In this document: in pieces, positions 1-8,394 of the stretch
How the letters are laid out: each line of letters opens with the position of its first letter
Numbering within the stretch: position 1 is the first letter of the stretch
Assembly (NCBI GenBank): GCA_036558125.1
Contig: DATBGE010000026.1
Location: forward strand, 17,382 to 81,381
Direction: 5' to 3'
Length of the DNA stretch: 64,000 bases
DNA from: Gemmatimonadales bacterium
GTDB taxonomy: Bacteria; Gemmatimonadota; Gemmatimonadetes; Gemmatimonadales; GWC2-71-9
Position numbers and translations under genes: made by a program
Notes under the pieces: model-generated
Database searches by the model: none
What the model saw: only the letters and a program-made list of their open reading frames with translations
Told to the model about the DNA's origin: nothing

Positions 1-426
1 AGGAGCGCCTTCGATCGCATCATCGCGGCCGGCGGATTCATCGGGGTTTCCACCGGCAGCGCTCCCGACGCGAACGCGTTGCCGATTGCCAAGGGCGACG
101 CCGATGCCGCGATGGATGCAGCGCAGTGTATTGGGTGCGGTGCCTGCGTCGCCGCCTGCCCCAATGCGTCAGCCATGCTGTTCACCGCGGCCAAGGCAGG
201 GCACCTCGGCATGCTGCCCCAAGGCCAGCCCGAACGCTCCAGGCGGGCGCTCTCGATGGTGGAGCAGATGGACGCCGAGGGGTTTGGGGGGTGTACCTGG
301 CACGGTGAATGTCAGGAAGCGTGTCCCAAGGAAATCCGGATCGATTGGATTAGCCGGCTCTATTACGACTATCTGGTGGCGAACGCCACCGCGCGCACTG
401 AGGTTGCAGCCGAGGTCGGGATCTAG
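1..426 (+). CDS. sdhB: succinate dehydrogenase/fumarate reductase iron-sulfur subunit, C-terminal part (5' end outside window)
   Basis: Frame 1 is open from base 1. The translation has [13 protein letters not shown] and a [11 protein letters not shown] cysteine cluster, as in the Bacillus-type SdhB/FrdB C-terminus. Confidence 0.85.
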   Translation, partial: RSAFDRIIAAGGFIGVSTGSAPDANALPIAKGDADAAMDAAQCIGCGACVAACPNASAMLFTAAKAGHLGMLPQGQPERSRRALSMVEQMDAEGFGGCTWHGECQEACPKEIRIDWISRLYYDYLVANATARTEVAAEVGI

Positions 427-428
427 TC

Positions 429-1688
429 GTGCGCCGTGCCTGGATGGCTCGCCTCGGCTTCGTGATGCTATCCGGCGTCTCAACCCTGATGGCCCAGTCG
501 CCGATCTCGGCTCACTTTGCGGCGCAGGTGATTCCCATCTATACCGATGTCGATCCGATTCCGGGCGGGGAAAGCCTGGGCGAGCTGCGCGTGGTGCAGC
601 CACTGCTGATGCTCCATCTCGGGGCGGTGGACGATCACCTGCGGCTCACCACCACGCTCGACTTCGAGGGTAAGACCATCCCGGACGGCGAACTCGCCCC
701 CGGCGATTGGGGTGAGGGGTATGTCGATCGGCGCCATCCTCACACCTATGTCCACGAGCTGATGCTGTCGGGACTGGACCTGCTGGGCGACCTGGATGGA
801 GCAGCGCGGGTTTCCCTGAGCGTGGGGAAGGGGTTTGTACCGTTCGGGACCGACGACCCGATGAGCCGCCCTCCCGTGCGCTATCCGGTGAATCATCATT
901 TCGCCCAGATTCTGGAGCGTGCCGTCGCCATGGCGGGGGTGCGGGTGGGACCGGTGATCGCGGAGGGCTCATTCTTTGACGGCGACGAGCCGGAGAAGCC
1001 TGACCAATGGCCGCTCATCAAGACCGAGGACGAATGGCGCTTCGGCGATTCCTGGTCCCTCCGCCTGACTCTGCTCCCCGTACGGCACGTCGAGCTGCAA
1101 GGCTCCAGGGCCAAGGTTCATTCTCCCGAGCATCGGCCGGGGGCGGGCACCGACGCCTGGAAGTGGGACGTCTCCGCGCGGTATGAGGGACCGGTGGGCC
1201 ACACCCGGGTCTACGGGTTGGCGGAGTGGGCCAGGACCGAGGAGGCCGAGGGTTTTTTCGTGTTTCACAGCATCCTGGCCGAAGGTGCATGGACCGTCGG
1301 GCGCCATCGTCCTTACTACAGGTTCGAGCGGACCGAGCGGCCGGAAGAGACCCGCACTCTGGACCCGTTCCGCTCGCTCCGACCCCATCTGGAAAACTCC
1401 ATTCTTGGCATTACCCGGTGGACGCTGCACACCATTGGGTATGGTTTCAGGTTTTCGCTGTCGCAGGAGCGGCTGGACCTTCAGCCGTTCGTGGAAGGCA
1501 CATTCGGCAAAGTAGGGCTGGTCCAGCCGGGACTGTTCGATCCCGAGCTCTTCTACGGCAAGGAATCGGTTCGCTCGCTCAGTGTTGGAGTCCGCGCCTC
1601 CTGGCAGCTGCGCGGGCACCGGATGGGACGGTACGGAGCGCTGCTGGACGATGCCCAGGTCATGACCCATGAACATCATGATATGTGA
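429..1688 (+). CDS. exported protein of unknown family, possibly an outer-membrane beta-barrel
   Basis: GTG start 2 nt after the sdhB stop. Signal-like N-terminus MRRAWMARLGFVMLSGVSTLMAQSP. Many amphipathic strand-like segments (IGYGFRFSL, SLSVGVRASWQL). His-rich tail THEHHDM. No family recognised. Confidence 0.55.
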   Translation: MRRAWMARLGFVMLSGVSTLMAQSPISAHFAAQVIPIYTDVDPIPGGESLGELRVVQPLLMLHLGAVDDHLRLTTTLDFEGKTIPDGELAPGDWGEGYVDRRHPHTYVHELMLSGLDLLGDLDGAARVSLSVGKGFVPFGTDDPMSRPPVRYPVNHHFAQILERAVAMAGVRVGPVIAEGSFFDGDEPEKPDQWPLIKTEDEWRFGDSWSLRLTLLPVRHVELQGSRAKVHSPEHRPGAGTDAWKWDVSARYEGPVGHTRVYGLAEWARTEEAEGFFVFHSILAEGAWTVGRHRPYYRFERTERPEETRTLDPFRSLRPHLENSILGITRWTLHTIGYGFRFSLSQERLDLQPFVEGTFGKVGLVQPGLFDPELFYGKESVRSLSVGVRASWQLRGHRMGRYGALLDDAQVMTHEHHDM

Positions 1689-3432
1689 GGTGCGAAGATT
1701 GATTCGACGCCTCGGTGCAGGGCTGGTGATTTCCGTGGGGCTCGCCTGCGGCTCCGACAATCCCAGTGGAGCCAACGGGGCCGTGACCCCGGAATCCGGG
1801 ATGAATCAAACGGCGGCCGTGGGAACGGCGCTGCAACCGTTCTCGGTGAAAGTCACCGACGGCGCTGGTCCGGTTGCAGGGGTGACCGTGTCGTGGAGCG
1901 TTGTCGTCGGGGGCGGTGGCGTGGCGCCCGCGACTTCGGTGACGGACGCGGCGGGAATCGCCGGGGCGACCGCCACGCTGGGGACGGTCGTCGGATCTCA
2001 GATCGTGAAGGCAGCCGCCTCGGGATACTCTCCGGCAACATTCACCACCCTCGCGACGGCGGGTCCGGCTGCCGCGATCGCCAAAGACGCCGGCGATAAT
2101 CAGTTCGGCTTCACCGGCTCGGCGCTTCCCGAACAGCTCCAGGTCAAGGTGCAGGACCAGTATGACAACCCAGTGCCCAATGCCTCAGTGAGCTGGGCGG
2201 TGGCGACTGGGGGAGGGAATGTCTCGCCAACAACTACCACGACCAACGTGGATGGCCTCAGTTCTACAACCTACGCCTTCGGAACCACTCCCGGCGACGT
2301 CAGCATTACCGCGTCGGTCGCCGGTGCCGGCACCGTGACCTTCGCGGCAAAAGGCATCGTCCAACGCGTCTTCACGATCCTGGCCGGCGGGAACAACGTT
2401 CACAACCGGATCAGCACCGACCTGTGGGTGAAGGACGGCTACGCCTACACCGGCACCTATGGTGGATCGGTGCCCGGAGTGTTCGGCAACGTAGTCCTGA
2501 TCTGGCAACTGGATGCCTCTGGCGCCCCGGTGCTCCATGATTCGATCGTTACGCCCAGTATCGGCGCGATCAGCGACATCCAGGTCTCCGACGACGGTGG
2601 TTGGCTGGCATTTACCACCGAAGGGGGCAGCGGGTCGGGGCTGTATGTCTACCAGCTGACCAGCCCCGGCGTGCCGGTGTTTCGCGCCAAGACGGTGGTC
2701 TCGGGCAGCACGATCGGGCTGCACACCGGTACCTTGGCTACGATCGGTGGCAAGCTGTACGATTTCGCCGCGAGAGATCCCTCGGGCTGCGCGCTGGAGA
2801 TCTATGATCTCTCGCAGGCGGGGGCCGGCATCATCACCGAAGCCAGCGCGACGCCGATACCAGAGAACTACTGCATCCACGACACATTCGTGCGCGATGG
2901 ATACGTATTCGTCTTTGCGTGGGACGAGGGTCTCTACATCTTCGACGTCGGCAACGGCTCGCATGGCGGGTCTCCGACTCATCCGGTGCAGATCAGCCAC
3001 ACCAAGGGGTTCGGGGGCTCGACCCACAACGGCTGGTGGTTCTGGAATCCCAACGGAGAGAAGAAGTACCTCTTTATCGGGGAAGAAGGCCCCTCCAACG
3101 GCGGAAACGCCTCGGGCGACATTCACGTCGTCGATGTTTCCAACTTTGCGGCGCCGGTAGAGGTTGGGTTTTATCACATGGCCAACGCGGGAACCCACAA
3201 CTTCTGGGTGGACGAGACGAATCAGATCCTCTACGCTGCGTACTACAACGGCGGTGTCGTGGCGCTGGATATCTCGGGAACCATCACTGGCAGCATGGCG
3301 TCGCGCGAGATCGCCCGGATCAAGCCCGGCGGCAACAGCCACACGTTCACGTGGGGCGTCATGCTTTATAACGGCTCGGTCTACGCGTCCGACATGTCGA
3401 GCGGTTTCTATCAGTTGTCGGAGCCTCACTAA
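1669..3432 (+). CDS. lipoprotein with two Big_1-type Ig-like repeats and a C-terminal LVIVD-like beta-propeller
   Basis: Short signal ending GLAC|GSD. Two repeats of the pattern ALQPFSVKVTD..GVTVSW....GGG.V. C-terminal repeats such as GLYIFDVGN, DIHVVDVSN and GVVALDISG. True start may be an internal Met a few codons downstream. Confidence 0.7.
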   Translation: MNIMICEVRRLIRRLGAGLVISVGLACGSDNPSGANGAVTPESGMNQTAAVGTALQPFSVKVTDGAGPVAGVTVSWSVVVGGGGVAPATSVTDAAGIAGATATLGTVVGSQIVKAAASGYSPATFTTLATAGPAAAIAKDAGDNQFGFTGSALPEQLQVKVQDQYDNPVPNASVSWAVATGGGNVSPTTTTTNVDGLSSTTYAFGTTPGDVSITASVAGAGTVTFAAKGIVQRVFTILAGGNNVHNRISTDLWVKDGYAYTGTYGGSVPGVFGNVVLIWQLDASGAPVLHDSIVTPSIGAISDIQVSDDGGWLAFTTEGGSGSGLYVYQLTSPGVPVFRAKTVVSGSTIGLHTGTLATIGGKLYDFAARDPSGCALEIYDLSQAGAGIITEASATPIPENYCIHDTFVRDGYVFVFAWDEGLYIFDVGNGSHGGSPTHPVQISHTKGFGGSTHNGWWFWNPNGEKKYLFIGEEGPSNGGNASGDIHVVDVSNFAAPVEVGFYHMANAGTHNFWVDETNQILYAAYYNGGVVALDISGTITGSMASREIARIKPGGNSHTFTWGVMLYNGSVYASDMSSGFYQLSEPH

Positions 3433-3445
3433 TCAAGGTTAGCGG

Positions 3446-5167
3446 ATGCGACATGTTGCCATAGCAGTCATCGGCGTACTGGCGGCGGGCTGCGGCTCCG
3501 ACGGGTCGACTGGCAGCAACGGTGCAATCACGATCGAGGGCGGCGCCAACCAAACCGGCGAGGTGGGCATCGCCCTTCAGCCCTACTCGGTGAAAGTCAG
3601 CAATGGGAGCGGTCCCGTGGACGGACTGACCGTCTCTTGGCAGGTGGCCTCGGGCGGCGGCAGTGTCTCACCGACCAGCTCGGTGACCAACGGGCAGGGG
3701 ATCGCGGAGGCGGTCGCCACCCTCGGCACTCAGCTCGGCTCTCAGACGGTTCGCGCGTCGGCGTCGGGATTCGGCTCGGTCATTTTCACGGCGACCGCAG
3801 AGGCAGGGCCACCGGTGCTCCTGGTGAAGTCCGCCGGGGACGGGCAAGTGGGCAAAATCAACCAGGCTCTGCCGCAAAACCTCCAGGTCAGACTCACGGA
3901 CCAATACCAGAATCCAGTGTCGGGTCAAAGCGTGAGCTGGGCCCTCACCTCCGGGGCCGGCAGCATCTCGGCAGCCAGCAGCACAACCGGCTTGGACGGG
4001 ACCGCTTCCATAGTCCATGCAATGGGCGCAACCGCGGGGACCACAACGGTCACTGCGACAGTAACAGGCCTCGGCACCGTCACCTTTGACTCCAAGGCAA
4101 TCGTTCCGCTCAGTTTCTCGGTTCTGGGTGGTGGCAACAACGTGCCTGACCGCACTACCTCCGATCTCTGGGTCAAGGACGGGTTTGGCTACACTGGAAC
4201 CTGGGGAGGTAACGGGAATGCGGTTTTTATCTGGCAGCTGGATGGCAATGGCTCACCGGTATTGTATGACTCGATTGTCGTCAAAGACCAGAACGGTCCG
4301 ACCATCGGGACCGTGAGTGACATCCAGGTGTCGGAGGACGGGAAATGGCTGGCCTTCACAGCCGAGGGGGGACCAGGGGATGGTCTCTATGCCTACGAGC
4401 TCACGAGTCCAGGAACTCCAGTGTTCCGGGCCAAGACGATCGTCAGCGCGGGACTGCACACGGGAACACTGGCGGACATCGGCGGTAAGCTCTACGCCTT
4501 CACCGCGAAGGATCCTCCCAGCTGCGCTCTCAAGATTTTCGATCTCTCTCAGGCCGGGAGTGGCACGATAACCCAGGCGAGCAGTACTCCGATTCCGGAT
4601 AATTACTGCATCCACGATACCTTCGTGCGCGACGGTTACGCTTTCGTGTTCGCCTGGAATGAAGGCCTGTACATCTTCGATGTCGGCAATGGTTCGCACG
4701 GAGGTTCGCCAACCCACCCAGTCCAGCTCAGCCACACCCACGGCTTCGGCGGAGAAACCCATAACGGGTGGTGGTTCTGGAACCCCAATGGGGAGAAGCG
4801 CTACCTGTTCATCGGCGAGGAGGGACCGTTCAACGGGAGCAACGCCTCAGGTGACATTCACGTGGTCGATGTCTCGGACTTCAGTGCGCCGGTCGAGGTA
4901 GGGTTCTTCCATATCCCCAACGCCGGGACTCACAATTTCTGGGTGGATGAACCCAACCAGATTCTGTACGCGGCGTTCTACAATGCGGGCGTGGTTGCGC
5001 TGGACATCTCGGGGATTATCAGCGGCAACATGGCGAGTCGGGAGCTGGCGCGTATTCAGCCGGGAGGAGCGGGGAATACCTTGACTTGGGGTGTCATGCT
5101 CTACAACGGATCGGTGTACGCCAGTGATATGCTGAGCGGGTTCTGGCAGGTGTCGCTTCCGCACTAG
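3446..5167 (+). CDS. paralogous lipoprotein (Big_1-type repeats + LVIVD-like beta-propeller)
   Basis: Signal with lipobox-like LAAGC|GSD. Same architecture as 1669..3432. The C-terminal ~330 aa are near-identical over long runs, e.g. NYCIHDTFVRDGY.FVFAW.EGLYIFDVGNGSHGGSPTHPVQ. Confidence 0.75.
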   Translation: MRHVAIAVIGVLAAGCGSDGSTGSNGAITIEGGANQTGEVGIALQPYSVKVSNGSGPVDGLTVSWQVASGGGSVSPTSSVTNGQGIAEAVATLGTQLGSQTVRASASGFGSVIFTATAEAGPPVLLVKSAGDGQVGKINQALPQNLQVRLTDQYQNPVSGQSVSWALTSGAGSISAASSTTGLDGTASIVHAMGATAGTTTVTATVTGLGTVTFDSKAIVPLSFSVLGGGNNVPDRTTSDLWVKDGFGYTGTWGGNGNAVFIWQLDGNGSPVLYDSIVVKDQNGPTIGTVSDIQVSEDGKWLAFTAEGGPGDGLYAYELTSPGTPVFRAKTIVSAGLHTGTLADIGGKLYAFTAKDPPSCALKIFDLSQAGSGTITQASSTPIPDNYCIHDTFVRDGYAFVFAWNEGLYIFDVGNGSHGGSPTHPVQLSHTHGFGGETHNGWWFWNPNGEKRYLFIGEEGPFNGSNASGDIHVVDVSDFSAPVEVGFFHIPNAGTHNFWVDEPNQILYAAFYNAGVVALDISGIISGNMASRELARIQPGGAGNTLTWGVMLYNGSVYASDMLSGFWQVSLPH

Positions 5168-5214
5168 GGGGACGGAGGCGTCTCGAGCGGAAGCACTCGA
5201 GGCTGGTTGTGTTA

Positions 5215-5245
5215 GGGGGGCTCCGTCAGGGGCCCCCCATTTTTC
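5215..5245 (+). terminator. putative intrinsic terminator after the second lipoprotein gene
   Basis: GGGGGG (5215-5220) can pair with CCCCCC (5233-5238), followed by ATTTTTC, about 50 nt after the stop. Confidence 0.5.
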
Positions 5246-5402
5246 AATATCGGCGCGACTCCGAATCGAAGAGTCATCAAACCGCGGATAGAGGCCGTCC
5301 GGCTGGCGAATGGCCCCATACGGGGGCCCCCCCTTTCTAATTTCTGTTCCGGCCTCTGTTACAGCCTCATCAAGAAGACGCCGGTCGGAACAAATCGCCG
5401 CC

Positions 5403-7409
5403 CTACGGCGTCGGCGCAGGCCTCCATCCGTTGTTCGCCGGGTTGATATCGGGGAACTGACCGTCGGGATTCACCGTCGCCGCGGTGATGGTCTGATCGG
5501 TCGGGATCTCGGCCACGTACTTGTCGCCGGCATACCAGATCTCGACCGGGAACTGGAGCAGCTTGGTTGTGCCGTCCCCGAGCGTCACCTGCAGCTCGAC
5601 CGGCATGACTTGTTGGCCCAGATTGCGTATCACAATCCTCGCGATACCTCCGGACGACTGGGTAACGGACTCGACCGACTGATCCAGCGCGGCCGTGGTC
5701 AAGAACCAACCGCGCCAGAACCAGTCGAGATCCCGGCCGCTCACATCCTCGATGGTCCGGAAGAAATCCGCCGGCTGGGGATGCTTGAATGCCCAGCGTC
5801 GGGTGTACTCCCGGAACGCCGAGTCGAACACTTCGGGCCCCAGGATCTTGTTGCGCAGCGTAAGCAGTCCGATGGACGGCTTGATGTACGCCAGCGAGCC
5901 GAGGTTGGACCCGGTGCGGTAGCGGTTGGCGTACGTCATGATCGGCTGCGAGGTGGCCGCCTGGTCGTTCTGGAGCACGAAGGCAGCCTCTCCCCGCCTG
6001 CGATTCACATCGTCCCGCTTGAAGTACCCCTCTTCGCTGAAGGTGTTGATGAAGGTATTGAACCCTTCGTCCATCCAGGCGTAGCGCCGTTCGTCGGATC
6101 CAACGGTCATCGGATACCACATGTGGCCGATTTCGTGGGTGACGACGCTGTAGAGATCCTCCTTGCTCTCGCCCTTGGCTTCCATGGCGACCATCGGGTA
6201 TTCCATCCCGGAGACCGGGCCTTCGACGGCCGAAATCTGAGGATACGGGTAGTTGAACCAGCGGGTACTGTACTCCATAATGGAGTAGCGGCTCATGTCC
6301 GCCGCGTCCTTCCAGGTCTCGATCGAGCTGGGCCGGTAGTAGGCGTTGGCGACGATTCCCTTCCACGAGGAGACGTCCCAGAGGTATTCCGGGCTTGCCG
6401 CCCAGGCGGCATCCCGCACCTTCGTGGCCTTGAATTTCCAGGTCAGAGTGCCGGAGTTCCGAGGCCGCGCCGCACCGCTGGTGAGCTCGTCGGCGGTGAC
6501 GATGTGAGTGATGCTGTCCGAACGTCCGGCCGCGGCCAGTCGAGTCCGTTGGGCAGCGGTCAGGACCTCGAGGGGATTCTGAAGAGTCCCGGTGCCTGCG
6601 ACGATGTATCCGGCCGGGACTGTGACTTCGTAGTCGATGTCACCATACTCCAGATAGAACTCGCCCTGGCCCAGGTACTGGAGGGTATTCCACCCGTGGA
6701 CATCGTCGTAGACGGCCATGCGGGGATACCATTGCGCCAGCTCGTAGAGATTCCCGTCACGCCCCATACGATCGGCGCCATGCTCGGGAACGTTGAAACC
6801 GTACTGGAGGTCGAACTGAGTCGTGGCCCCAGGCGCGAGCGGTGTGGTGAGGTAGACCTCCATCATCGTGTCGTCGACCCTGGTCCGAAGCTTCTGCTGA
6901 ACCCCAGTTGCCGTTGGAGGCTTGAGGGGCTTGACGGCTCGCATCCCGGTCTGGGACTGCACGATCCAGGGGATCTCGAACCCGCCCTGGAACCCACCTC
7001 CGCCGAACCGGCTCTCCTCGGCATTGACTAGCGATCCGACGCTGCCCGGTTTGAAGAGGTTTTGGTCCAGCTGCATCCATACCCGGGTCAGCGTGTCGGG
7101 CGAGTTATTGGTGTACCTGATCGCCATGGTGCCGGTCAGCCGTCTCGAGGCGGTATCCAGGATGGCCTTGATCGAGTAGTCAACTCGTTGCTGCCAGTAT
7201 TTGGCACCTGGGGTGCCATTCACCCGGCGTATGTCGTTTCCCGGGGGAAGGTCGATGGGCGCGAAGATGCCGGTATCCGCCACCGCGGGACGCAGGCTCA
7301 CCTGGGTGCTGGGTTTCGGGGCCCTGGGTGATTGTGGAGTCGGGGGCGTTGGGGGTTGCTGCGCAGCGAGCGGCGCGGCCAGGGTGAAGACCAGCAACAG
7401 GTATCGCAT
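5403..7409 (-). CDS. secreted M1-family zinc metallopeptidase
   Basis: HEIGHMWY...WMDEGFNTF (HExxH-x18-E) plus an upstream GMEYPM motif. Start chosen at the Met giving signal peptide MRYLLLVFTLAAPLAAQ. A longer ORF start exists at 7484. Confidence 0.85.
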   Translation of the reverse strand: MRYLLLVFTLAAPLAAQQPPTPPTPQSPRAPKPSTQVSLRPAVADTGIFAPIDLPPGNDIRRVNGTPGAKYWQQRVDYSIKAILDTASRRLTGTMAIRYTNNSPDTLTRVWMQLDQNLFKPGSVGSLVNAEESRFGGGGFQGGFEIPWIVQSQTGMRAVKPLKPPTATGVQQKLRTRVDDTMMEVYLTTPLAPGATTQFDLQYGFNVPEHGADRMGRDGNLYELAQWYPRMAVYDDVHGWNTLQYLGQGEFYLEYGDIDYEVTVPAGYIVAGTGTLQNPLEVLTAAQRTRLAAAGRSDSITHIVTADELTSGAARPRNSGTLTWKFKATKVRDAAWAASPEYLWDVSSWKGIVANAYYRPSSIETWKDAADMSRYSIMEYSTRWFNYPYPQISAVEGPVSGMEYPMVAMEAKGESKEDLYSVVTHEIGHMWYPMTVGSDERRYAWMDEGFNTFINTFSEEGYFKRDDVNRRRGEAAFVLQNDQAATSQPIMTYANRYRTGSNLGSLAYIKPSIGLLTLRNKILGPEVFDSAFREYTRRWAFKHPQPADFFRTIEDVSGRDLDWFWRGWFLTTAALDQSVESVTQSSGGIARIVIRNLGQQVMPVELQVTLGDGTTKLLQFPVEIWYAGDKYVAEIPTDQTITAATVNPDGQFPDINPANNGWRPAPTP

Positions 7410-7495
7410 GAACCGTCCAGTCCGAGAAAACAAGGGGCGGCGTAATCCGCCCGGGTGGATAGCGATAAATCTAACCGGCCTCATGGTGGGATCCC

Positions 7496-8329
7496 ATGCA
7501 GTCGCCTCCTCTGGCTCTAGCGCACGGTGATCGCCGCTGGGCCCTCGGTGGTCGGCCGATTTCGATCGGCCGGCTAACCGAATGTGACGTCGTCCTGCAG
7601 GGCGACAAAGTGTCCCGCCGCCATGCGTGTGTGGTCTCGACCCCCAATGGTCCGCTGCTGGTAGACAGCAGCCGCCATGGTACCCTGGTCAACGGCGAGC
7701 AGATGCAGGCGCCCTGGCTCCTGGCCGAAGGGGACGCGGTGAAGGTCGGGGCATGGACACTTCAAGTGGTGCGGGCCGCGATGCGGGAAATCGATACCCG
7801 CCAGAACGCCCGATCTCGATCGACGCTGGGCAAATGGAAGAGCTGGATCAGCCGATATGGCCCGTCGGAAGTGTTCGGTACCGTCGCGGCGGTGGGTGCT
7901 GCCAGCGCCGTTTCCCAGACCACCGAAAGCACAATAGCCGCAGCCTACGCCGGCTCCCTCGCCGAAACCATGGTGTTCTACGGTACGATGGCGCTCCGGG
8001 AAACGATTACCGACGCGCATCAGGCCGGAGCGGCTGGAAAGTCGTTCGGCCACAAAGACGTTCTTCGGATCCTGCGCAACTTGATCCTCGAATTCGGCGC
8101 GGCCGAGGCGCTCGATAGCGCCCTGATCCGGCCATTCTGCATGGGGATCGGAATCCAATTCCTGGGCGGGGCGCTGGGCGCGTTCGTGGGTAAGGTCGGC
8201 GCTGACTTGGCTTTCTATGGGCCGGTGCTGACGGTCTACGAGTGGCGGTTGGCGAGAACCCGGGTTGACGAGCGCGCTGAGCGGAGCCGGCGGACGACGG
8301 CGGGTGGGAGGCAGGTAATTGAAGATTGA
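7496..8329 (+). CDS. FHA domain protein with Gly/Ala-rich hydrophobic C-terminal module
   Basis: N-terminal ISIGRLTECDVVLQGDKVSRRHACVV...LLVDSSRHGTLVNGE is a typical FHA core. The C-terminal ~170 aa are hydrophobic and Gly/Ala-rich, with no family recognised. Confidence 0.7.
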   Translation: MQSPPLALAHGDRRWALGGRPISIGRLTECDVVLQGDKVSRRHACVVSTPNGPLLVDSSRHGTLVNGEQMQAPWLLAEGDAVKVGAWTLQVVRAAMREIDTRQNARSRSTLGKWKSWISRYGPSEVFGTVAAVGAASAVSQTTESTIAAAYAGSLAETMVFYGTMALRETITDAHQAGAAGKSFGHKDVLRILRNLILEFGAAEALDSALIRPFCMGIGIQFLGGALGAFVGKVGADLAFYGPVLTVYEWRLARTRVDERAERSRRTTAGGRQVIED

Positions 8330-8389
8330 AGATTGAAGATTGAAAACGCATTTGGTCAATTTTCAATTTGCAATCTTCAATCTTCAATT
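8317..8389. repeat. AT-rich imperfect palindrome built from (GAAGATT)x3 heptamers; possible bidirectional terminator
   Basis: Left arm AATTGAAGATTGAAGATTGAAGATTGAAAA (8317-8346), 13-nt loop, right arm 8360-8389. By hand, 28 of 30 positions are complementary. It covers the stop codon at 8327-8329. Confidence 0.8.
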
Positions 8390-8394
8390 CCTCT

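Noticed and set aside
5310-7031. 573-aa ORF on the + strand
   Set aside because: It lies entirely antisense to the M1 peptidase gene, which has clear HExxH-E motifs. Its translation is Arg/Gly/Pro-rich with no motifs. This is the typical shadow ORF of high-GC DNA.
8317-8389. Possible CRISPR or other spaced-repeat array
   Set aside because: The repeats are contiguous 7-mers forming one palindrome. There are no spacers, no further units and no cas genes in the window.
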